Assembly (NCBI RefSeq): GCF_004010195.1 | Contig: NC_057718.1 | Span: 74,046,962 to 74,066,961 of the forward strand | DNA length: 20,000 bases | Reading direction: 5' to 3' | DNA from: Chiloscyllium plagiosum | Lineage: Eukaryota | Shown: piece by piece, positions 1 through 8,162 of the stretch | Position numbering within the stretch: the stretch's first letter is position 1 | Layout: each line of letters starts with the position of its first letter | Made by a program: the position numbers and the translations under genes | The notes under the pieces: generated by a model | The model's database searches: none | What the model saw: the letters and a program-made list of their open reading frames with translations, nothing else | What the model was told of the DNA's origin: nothing

Positions 1-1518
1 TTGCAGTAGAACAGCAGATATCTGGTCTGTGACTGCAACTTCTAAGGTGTAAGTCAGGGTTGTGAACTAATAAGGCAGGTATTGTTGCGAGAGTGTGTTT
101 TAAATCAGTTACTGCCTTTGTATGTTGGGATGTCCAATTCCAGGTAGTGGTATTTTTCAGCATCTGAGAGTGGGGCTCCCTTGGTAGCGAACTCATCAAT
201 GTGGTTCCTGTAGTATCCCACTGACCTGGGAAAGATTGGAGGGCACAAACATCTTGGAGGAGTCTGAATCATGCTTTGGAATCTATTCGCTTTTGGTCTA
301 TCTCTCTTTTCCCATGGGTGACTATCGTTCCCAAGTATGTAACCGTAGGCTGTAGAATTTGCGCCGTCTTTGGATTTATTTTACAACCGAGCACACGTAA
401 AAGGTCGAGTAATTTGTCTAGGAGTTGGATGTGCTCCTTTGTTTCGATTTGTAGGAGTAGGTCATCTACATATTGGATTAGGCAGTCAGGCCGAGGAAAC
501 CTTTCTAGTCCCTTGGCTGATTGTCCATGAAAAAATCAAGGGTGAGTTATAGAATCCTTGGGGTAGACAGGTCCAGGTATAATGCTGGTCCTGAAAGGTA
601 AATGTGAATTTGTACTGACAGGATATGACAAGGGTATGGGACCAGAAACCATTCCTGATATCAAGTACTGTGAAGTACTTTACTTGCGTGGCTTGCTTCA
701 TTATTGTGGCAGGGCTGCTGGCTACTGTTGGTGCAATGAGGGGGGTGACTTTATTAAGCTACCGATAATTGGTGGTTAAATGCCATGAACCATCTGGCTT
801 CTTGACTGGCCAAACTGGAGCATTATTAATGGAGGCTACAGGTTGCAGCACTCCTTACTGTAACAGACTGTCAATCACCTTGGCCACCTCCCCCTCTGCT
901 TGTCAGGGGAAACTGTATTGTTGTTGCTGTCTCAGGTCTGACCCCTCAATTATCACTTCTCCTGGGATATGCCCACAGTTATGTTTATGCTGGGCGAATA
1001 GCCCTTTGAGTTTTACAAACACCTGTTTGAGTCAGATTCTTGGTCATTGTTATGAAATTGAATCAAAACTCCCCTATTTCGCTGATCTCATTAGCATAAT
1101 TTCCTGTTGAAATAATAGGTGGGGCATTGCTAACTGGAGACATCTGCCATATGCAGGCATTCACTGGATCAAAAGTAAGATTGTACCTAGTCATGTAATC
1201 GATGCCTAGTATGTATTCTGTACTTGGGGGACAGTTGACTAAGTTAGCAGGGTGCTGGCATGTTATGTCACCTAATTTAAATTCTGTCGGTTCAGTAATG
1301 TACCCCTCCTGAACATGGCCAGTAAATCCATTTAAAACAGTAGTCCCTGTGGTCCGCCAGGGCAGATCATTAAATCTTGGTGTTCAGAGTTGTGTGGGAA
1401 ACTCTGCTATCCCAAAGAAATTCTATGGGGTGGCCTTCTACCTCACCATTGACTAGTGGTCGATATACACACTCACTCCATGTTGCACATCCATACTGGG
1501 GGACACAGAAGCCAACTG
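1..1518 (-). pseudogene. pol: Retroviral pro-pol remnant (protease, reverse transcriptase, start of connection/tether domain)
   Basis: Manual translation across frameshifts gives RPLVNGEVEGHPIEFLWDSRVSHTT (protease site at 1403-1414), EYILGIDYM, FAQHKHNCG, NAPVWPVKKPDGSWHLTTNYR*LNKVTP, YFTVLDIRNGFWSH (LDIRNGFW at 642-665), YTWTCLPQGFYNSPLIF, LIQYVDDLLL (YVDD at 461-472), VTYLGTIV, and YTLEVAVTDQISAVLLQ at 1-51. The gag/pro boundary is approximate. Confidence 0.92.
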
Positions 1519-3256
1519 TCATGTGGATGCCTCATAGGTTTGGATTCAGGAGGGCACTTGGGTTGGCTAGTGTCCACAGCATGGACCGGACCCTGCCAAG
1601 TTGGGCCTTCTAAAGGGAGTTGGTGGCTCCCTCTATCACCCCTTGATTCCGCTGTGGTCAGTGGTCCCTGTGCCTGCGAGTATGGCCACATGTGGGTGCT
1701 ACATTCTCATGCTTACTGTCCTGAGGCTGACAGTGGTAGCACTACACTGGTTGCCAAGTGTTTCCATTGCTGTGCCCCTCTATCTCTCCCCATGGCTCAC
1801 TAGGTTGAACTGGGTTCCTTTGGGTTCCACTTCCTTCATTCCTCCACACCGGACTCTGGTTGGAGGTTTGGAAAGGAATCATTTTTCAGTCCTTTCTCTC
1901 TTTTTGCTCTTGTTTAGTTTATGGGCTTTTTTCTCCCACACCCGGGACATACTTCTCAGAAACCATGCCTCTTTGTGGCTTGGCTCTGTGCGATTGAAAT
2001 TCACACAGTCCTTCATGCTCTGTAGGGTGTCATGGGAAACTTATGTCCTAGCCCACTTAGTTGAGTCAGCCCGAATAGTTGACCCCTGTTTATGTCTTTG
2101 TAGACTCCCGAAAAATAAACTATTGTCAAAGGCTGTTAGATGTGCTCCTTTCTTTTGCCTACACTTGTTTAACCCATCTCTGGGGTCTCCTTTGAACCTA
2201 ATTGCTGTTAGAATCGCGTTTTTCATAGCGGTGAGGATTCCATCCCCTACGTTTAGTGGGGCTGAGATTGCAGACTGCACTGACTGGCTCAGACACATTA
2301 CAATGAGTTTTACTTCCTCTCTCTCTCATATAACCTATGTAAAACCTTTTGTTGCCTGACCCTTTCAAAGAATGTAAATGGATCAGCCGATGGCTCAAAG
2401 TCTGGAATTTTTTAGTAATTTCCGCTAATTGTGCCACTTAAAATAGGGTAATGTATGTTATTGATGGGCATTGGCGTCCCAATGCATCTTTTGGTGGTAA
2501 TCAGGTTCATTGCAACACTGGGTGTCCCCAGGGGGTGCTGAAGGAGTTGACTCCTTTGAGAAGGATGGGGGCAGACCCCAGTCTTCCGTGCACATGGTAT
2601 AATGCTGCGTGTCTTCCCTGAGTTCATCCCAGTCTATCTTCTGACCTTCCCCTTCAGCTTTAACTTCCCCATATTCGCACATTATTCCATTGCGGATTGA
2701 AAGTTGGGCTTTTAACTTCTCAATCTCCTGCAGGCACAGCTGCCTGTTTCTTTTCCCAATCTATCTGGTGAATTACCTTTACTACTGCCTGTTAATCTGC
2801 GCATTTATTTCTCAATTTCTTCACTCCATTATCACCAACATCTTTAGCTGACACTGTGCATTAGGTATCCTGGTATGCTCTCTCACTGGGTTTGGAGTTG
2901 CCTCATGTATCATTAGTTTGCTGATTTCTTTGGTTCTGAGCTGAGTTTTTCAGTTTTAACTCCATGATTTCCATTTTTGTGTCCTCTAATTCTTTACGGA
3001 CTGTTTTCAATTCCTACTCTGTACCTAACAATTGTCACAGACCGCACCTCATTGCTGTGACTTTTTCAGGCTTGGACGCCTGCTTCCCTTGAATTTTCCT
3101 AAAACCCTTCCAGTGTTTTTGTCCTAGGGATCCTGGTCCCATTTCATCGTTTCAACAAAATTCTGCCTGTATAGGCCACCTTTTCTTACTAATGTATTGC
3201 CTTAGCTTCTTTTCCCAAATGGGACAATCTTCTACTCTAGTGTCTTTCTCTGCCAT
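1519..3256 (-). pseudogene. gag: Retroviral gag remnant
   Basis: ATG at 3256 opens MAEKDTRVEDCPIWEKKLRQYISKKRWP. This is followed by a coiled-coil-like stretch (ELKTVRKELEDTKMEIMELKLKN), a capsid-like region (IPDFEPSADPFTFFERVRQQK...GDPRDGLNKCRQKKGAHLTAF, MHR-like at 2128-2163) and a degenerate zinc knuckle CYHC..GQ*A*EC at 1701-1741. It lies between the PBS and the protease. Confidence 0.8.
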
Positions 3257-3610
3257 TCTCGATTAACAAAGGGGTATGGGATGTGAATCAGACTGAGGGT
3301 ACGGCTTTCACTATTTTCTGGTCATGATCCTACCGGGTCTCTGCCGAATTTCCATGTTTTATCTTGCCTATCCCACGGAGGATTGCGCATGCAAATGAGC
3401 GCACGCAGACGCACTCTGTTTGCTTGATCAGGAGTAAATACCTGTTGGCTTTTTCTTTTAAAGAACAGTTCTGTTTAGATCTTTCTGTTCCTTTCATTTT
3501 CTTGAATTCCTGATCTTTGTGTCCTCAAAACAATCAGCTCAGGCAAAATCTCAAGGAATATGAGGTTCTATGGGCTTCGATCTCAATATGACAGTCATTT
3601 CTTCTCAAGA

Positions 3611-3627
3611 TCCCATCTGGGGTGCCA
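3611..3627 (-). promoter_or_regulatory. Primer binding site complementary to the 3' end of tRNA-Arg(CCT)
   Basis: Minus strand reads TGGCACCCCAGATGGGA, 3 nt after the LTR terminal CA. It is complementary to ...UCCCAUCUGGGGUGCCA, the 3' end of vertebrate tRNA-Arg(CCU) as I recall it. Confidence 0.85.
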
Positions 3628-3630
3628 GTT

Positions 3631-4419
3631 TGTTGTATCTGCCACACTAAGTTTTAACTCTTATATCGAGCAAAGAAACTGCAAGTTGGCTCTTAATAAA
3701 AATAAATGATATTTATTTATTTAACACAATTAATACTGTAACAATTAAATGCACTATAAACTAACAATTTATCCTATAAATCTAATGAACTACCTTGTGC
3801 TTTAACTTGGATGATCATATACCACCATACTAGATCTTGGTTTTGATCCACGTGGTGGTGATCATCTGGTCATCTTCCTGTGGTCCCAGGGGTGTCTTAC
3901 CTTCACAGTGGTTCATTTCAAGCTACTGCTCCTGTGGATGTTGTTGCAATGATTTGTATACTTGGTAGTTGTTCCAGTCCTTTAGTGTCCTCCAAAAATC
4001 AATCAGGGCTTGATCATCCTGAGCAATCGGACTCAACCATGTGTTGTCGTGCTAATGGCAGGGTGGTCCTTGGGCATCCATTCCTGGATGTGTTAGGTGC
4101 ACAGAGGTCAGGGAGCCCTTTCCAAATAAGGGTGTAAGGTGCCCCTGTGTCTGGCAAACAACTCGGATTTCCAATTGTCCTGGGGATGGCACTCAGATTA
4201 ATTCTATTTAATACAAGTCAAAGTGCATTTTGTATTGTCTGCAGCTGCTGGGTTAACACTGTCTGTTTGTAGCTACAGCCTGTCTGGATTCTGCAGCGTG
4301 TTTATGAAACAGTCGCTTTGGTCAAGGCTAGTCTCAATTTCCCAGCATGCTTCATCGATTGTCCATTTTCATAAATTCATCATTTTGTCCGGCCCATCCA
4401 ACCTCAAGTAGTTATAACA
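3631..4419 (-). repeat. 5' LTR of the ERV (789 bp)
   Basis: Minus strand starts TGTTATA (4419) and ends TACAACA (3631), an imperfect inverted terminal repeat. It directly abuts the PBS and has AATAAA about 85 nt before its 3' end. Confidence 0.85.
3712..3721 (-). promoter_or_regulatory. LTR polyadenylation signal (overlapping AATAAA hexamers)
   Basis: Plus-strand TTTATTTATT reads AATAAATAAA on the minus strand, in the position expected near the R/U5 boundary. Confidence 0.6.
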
Positions 4420-4544
4420 TGTTTTGCAGGACAATTAAAAAGCCACTTGAGGATCTTGATGTGAGGAATCTTTCAGAATGAGATGTAAAATGCAAATCTG
4501 GGAAGCATTATTGACCATCATTAGTTAAGCTATTTGTGGAACTT

Positions 4545-5450
4545 GTACCAAAGACATAGTCACTCACATCCATTAGCTCCTTGCACAGATTCTCCCTTTA
4601 GGCTCAAGTAAGTCCCACTCTGTCCCTGATGATCCTCTTAGCCTTAATATGCTGGCTGAAGCCTGGAGGTTTCCCTTGATTCCATCTGCTAAAAATATTT
4701 TGAGACTGCTCTTTGCCCTCCTAACTTTTTTAAGCAATTTCCTATTTTTGAATGGCCTCTTCCATTTTTAGTGTGCTGTACCTGACACGTGCTTCCTTTT
4801 TCTTTTATCAGACTCAATATTCCTTGATATTCTGGGTTCCCTGGCACGGTGCCCTTGCCCTTCACTCTGAAAGGTCCACAATGGCTCTGAATTCCCTCCA
4901 TACTACTTTTAAGAGACACCACCTTTCCAAATATAGACTTATCTGCAAGTAGCTGCTCCCATTCTGTTTTCCAGATCCTATCTAATGAATTGAAATTGGA
5001 CTTCTGTCAAGCTAGACACTTAACTTCAGTACTGCCCTTATCCTTTCTATAATGACTTTGAAAAGATTGGGGTCACTATCCCCATAATTCTTGTCAACTG
5101 AAACTTTAACCACTTGACTGGCTTCTTTCCCAAGTATTAGCTCTAGCACTGGTCTATCAAGACTGTCCATGTATTGGCACAAAAAACTCTCTTGAATGCA
5201 TGTTATAAGTTCCACCCTATGTAATCCTTTCACACTAAAGCAATTTCATTTTGTGTTAGCAAAGTTGAAGTCCCCTACAACTGTAACCATATTTTTCTGC
5301 CAGCTTTGTGATTTGCCTACATATCTGCACCAATATCTCCCTCTTACAGTTGGGAGGCCTCTAGTATAACTACAGTAAGGTAATCACTTTTTTTTAATTT
5401 TTAAGCTCTGATTGGATGGCCTCATTTGAAGACCCTTCTAAGACACCTCA
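4545..5450 (-). mobile_element. CR1 LINE fragment (ORF2, end of the endonuclease domain and linker)
   Basis: ORF 5012-5233 reads CIQESFLCQYMDS...VLELILGKEASQVVKVSVDKNYGDSDPN, matching the CR1 APE C-terminal motif (LDLxLxNE...GxSDHN). Flanking sequence is decayed. Confidence 0.8.
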
Positions 5451-5646
5451 GCAACATTGTTTTCTTGTCTTAATATATTAATTAGCTTGATTCAGAAATA
5501 GAAACCGCCAAAATGAATTATCAATGTCTGTGGGGTACAAGGGGACAATACCTGAGCTTGTGTTTTGGTAGTGCATTAGTTCAGTGTCTAGAAAACCAAA
5601 AGGATATATACCTATCGGCAATTTATTGACTGATTTGTGTTTTCAG

Positions 5647-5747
5647 GATCTTTCCCAGATGCGCAGCTTCCTTCAAAGCGACTCATTGGATCCAAGAACT
5701 TTGATTTCCTAAATTCTAAACGAGAAGAGTTTCAGGAATATCTGCAG
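5647..5747 (+). CDS. SNX14: Sorting nexin 14, internal exon (PX domain)
   Basis: ttttcag|GA...CTGCAG|gtatgt, 101 nt, phase 1 to phase 0. Encodes (G)[33 protein letters not shown], matching vertebrate SNX14 [34 protein letters not shown] as recalled. Confidence 0.96.
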
Positions 5748-5784
5748 GTATGTAAAATCTAATTTGTCGATGTATTTTTAATGT

Positions 5785-6280
5785 GAGTTCAGAAGTAGGG
5801 ATGTCTTACTGCAGTTATACATTGTCTTGTTAAGACATGCAAGGTTTTGCTTGAAGTTTTGGTTTACCCTAATTATGAAAGGATATGGACCTGCCATAGA
5901 AGACGTGCAGCAGAGGCTCATTTGGCCGATACCGAGGGGCTGTCAAACAAAGAGAGTTTGGTTTGGCTGGAATTATATTCACTAGAATTTAGAAAGATAA
6001 AAGTGGATTTGATTGAAATGAACAAAATTTTACCAGGCTGTACAGACTAGGTGCAGAAAGGATGTTTTCCATGGTTAGGAAGTCTATGCCCAGTGGCCCC
6101 AGTCTCAGAATACAGATTAGGCCATTTAGGACTGCGATGTGGAAATACTTCTCATCTCAATGGTGGTGAACCCGTAGAATTCTCTATCACTAAAGCCCGT
6201 GGAGGCAAAGTCACTGAATATATTCAAGAAAGAGAAATTTCAAGAATTTAAAGGGGTATGGGCTAAAGTGGGAATATGAG
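5785..6280 (+). mobile_element. CR1 LINE 3' fragment (old, decayed)
   Basis: Degenerate CR1 ORF2 C-terminus (LELYSLEFRKIKVDLIEMNKIL; PVEFSITKARGG read in a shifted frame), followed by the typical aaggggtatggg tail. Confidence 0.8.
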
Positions 6281-6283
6281 TCA

Positions 6284-6376
6284 AGATTGTGGTGCTGGAA
6301 AAGAACAGCAGGTCAGGCAGCATCCAAGGAGCAGGAAAATTGATATTTCGGGTAAAAGCCCTTCATCAGGATTCCT
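6284..6376 (-). mobile_element. Short Penelope-associated repeat carrying a hammerhead ribozyme motif
   Basis: Minus strand reads ...cctgatgaagggcttttacccgaaatatcaattttcctgctccttggatgctgcctgacctgctgttcttttccagcaccac. It resembles an abundant shark repeat, and related sequence occurs at 14186-14330 and 16115-16252. Confidence 0.7.
6333..6376 (-). ncRNA. Minimal type I hammerhead ribozyme-like motif
   Basis: Minus-strand RNA: AGGAAUC-CUGAUGA-A-GGG(CUUUUA)CCC-GAAA-UAUC^-AAUUUUCCU. Both conserved core boxes are intact. Stem II is 3 bp, stem III is loopless and self-complementary, and stem I is GGAAU(C)/(A)AUUUU. Confidence 0.65.
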
Positions 6377-7231
6377 TTGGTGCTCTTCACGATCTCTACA
6401 GGAGAGACGTCAATGTCTAGCGGAGAGTGGTTGCTCAGTGCCCTCCTGAAGTCAACAACCATCTCTTTCGTCTTGTCCACATTCAGAGACCAGTTGTTGG
6501 CTCTGCACCAGTCCGTTAGCTGCTGCACCTCCTCGCTGTATGCTGACTCGTCATTTGCGCTGATGAGACCCATTACAGTCTTATCGTCAGTGAACATGAT
6601 GATGTGATTTGACCTGTGCATCACTGCACAGTCATGTGTCAGCAAGGTGAACAGCGGTGGACTGAGCACGCAGCCCTGGGGTGACCCCGTGCTCAAGGTG
6701 ATGATGTTGGAAATGCTGTTTCCAATCCGGGCTGACTGAGGTCTCCCAGTCAGGAAGTCCAGGATCCAGTTACAAAGGGAGGTATTTAGGCCTAGCAGAC
6801 TCTGCCTTCCAGTCAGGTGCTGAGGAATGATTGTGTTAAATGCAGAACTGAAGTCTATGTACAGTAGTCTGACGTAGGTGTCCTCCTTCTCCAGGTGGGT
6901 GAGGGCCAGATGGAGGGTGGTGGAAATGGTATCTTCTGTTGAACGGTTTGGTCGATACACAAAGTGCAAGGTGTCTAGTGAGGAGGGCAGCAGGGTCTTA
7001 ATATGCCTCATCATGAGCCTCTCAAAGCACTGTATATTGGGTGTAAGCGCAACAGGGCAGTAGTCATTGAGACAGGATGTTGAAGATTTCTTCGGCCCGG
7101 GGATGATGGCAGTAACCTTGAAGCATGTTGGAATTATGGCACAGCTCAGGGAGATGTTAAAGATGTTAGTGAGAACATCCCCAGTACACCAGAACATCCT
7201 CTGAGCACTCTGCCAGGCATGTTATTTGGAC
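6377..7231 (-). mobile_element. Rex1/Babar-type non-LTR retrotransposon fragment (RT domain)
   Basis: The 294-aa ORF 6313-7197 contains [80 protein letters not shown] and [15 protein letters not shown], all characteristic of Rex1 RT. Its last codons run into the adjacent repeat. Confidence 0.92.
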
Positions 7232-7234
7232 GTT

Positions 7235-7718
7235 TGTGAAACTTAAAGGGTTCAGATAAGATTTACAAGGATGTTGCCATGATTGGAGGGGTTGAGCTAT
7301 AGGGAGAGGTTGAATAGGCTGGGGCTGTTTTCCCTGGAATGTCAGAGGCTAAGGTTTACAAAATGTTGAGGGCATGGATGTGATGTGTAGCCAAGGTCTT
7401 TTCTCCAGAATGGGAGAATCCAGAACTAGACGGTGTAGATTTAACGTTGGAGGAGATATATTTAAAAGGGACCTAAGGAGCAACCTTTTCTTGTAGAGGG
7501 TGATGTGTGAGAGTGTGTGGAATGAACTGCCAGAGGTGGTGGTGGAAGCTTTTACAATTAAAACATTTAAAAGGCATTTAGATGAGAATGAATAGGAAGG
7601 TTTTAGAGGGATATGGGCCAAATGCTGACAAATGGGACAAGATTAATTTAGGATATCAGGTAGGCATGGACAAGTTGGACAGAAGAGTCTGTTTCTCCCT
7701 GTACATCCGTGCTATAAT
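7235..7718 (+). mobile_element. CR1 LINE 3' end
   Basis: Encodes RFTRMLP-LEGLSYRERLNRLGLFSLE-like sequence and VWNELPEVVVEA, followed by a 3' UTR with gagggatatgggccaaatgctg...ggcatggacaagttggac...gtctgtttc. Confidence 0.88.
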
Positions 7719-7955
7719 ATCTTCAGTCCTGCATCGGAGAGGTAATTTTCTGCACCTTTATACAAAAATAAAAATTTAACAGATAAAACAACATAAACCC
7801 CAAGTAAATTTCTTGGATAATAAAAGATTCTTCAACTTTGTGGTAAAAATATCCCTTTGATGTTTGCCTCTAATGATAAGTATCTTGGGAGACAGTTGAC
7901 ATTTAATTGTCAAAAATTTGTGAGATTGAGTTGAACTAACATCTCAGCATATGTT

Positions 7956-8162
7956 CCCTTTTAAAGTAACTTTGTATCTTAATTGATTTCCACATGTTTC
8001 GCTTTCCACCATTATTAGCTCACAGAATGTCTGACTTTTCTTATCTGAATTCTGACAGACAATATGCCACTTTAACCTCAAGTGTTTCTTTTTTGGAGGG
8101 AAGAGCACATTTTTGAAACACTATTGCCATTCCTTCACTGTCACTGGGATAAAATCCTGGAA
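7956..8162 (+). repeat. Left copy of a ~205-bp direct duplication flanking the RTE element
   Basis: Aligns by eye with 9349-9552, with about 24 substitutions and about 3 nt of gaps. Confidence 0.92.

Larger units (their letters stand above)
1..4419 (-). mobile_element. Decayed endogenous retrovirus (5' LTR-PBS-gag-pro-pol, continuing beyond the left edge of the window), antisense within an SNX14 intron
   Basis: On the minus strand, in order: LTR with TG...CA inverted termini, tRNA PBS, Gag with MHR-like and CCHC-like motifs, aspartic protease motif, RT motifs (LPQGFYNSP, YVDD) and the start of an RNase H-fold domain. Many stops and frameshifts. Confidence 0.93.

Noticed and set aside
1601..2359. 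252-aa plus-strand ORF antisense to gag, a possible antisense viral protein
   Set aside because: It has a non-ATG start and no recognisable motifs, and it spans indels that break the gag frame. Long antisense frames are common opposite coding sequence.
3611..3627. tRNA gene
   Set aside because: Only 17 nt match, including the post-transcriptionally added CCA, and they sit next to an LTR. This is a PBS, not a tRNA gene.
3880..4411. Short ORFs within the LTR as accessory genes
   Set aside because: They are on the strand opposite the virus, short, start at non-ATG codons and have no motifs.
1..4419. Calling the element a classical foamy virus or a Ty3/Gypsy retrotransposon
   Set aside because: The MHR-like segment, zinc knuckle and Arg PBS argue against a classical foamy virus. 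The NGFW/LPQG RT motifs and the degenerate first RNase H argue against Gypsy. A phylogeny is needed, so no firm genus is given.
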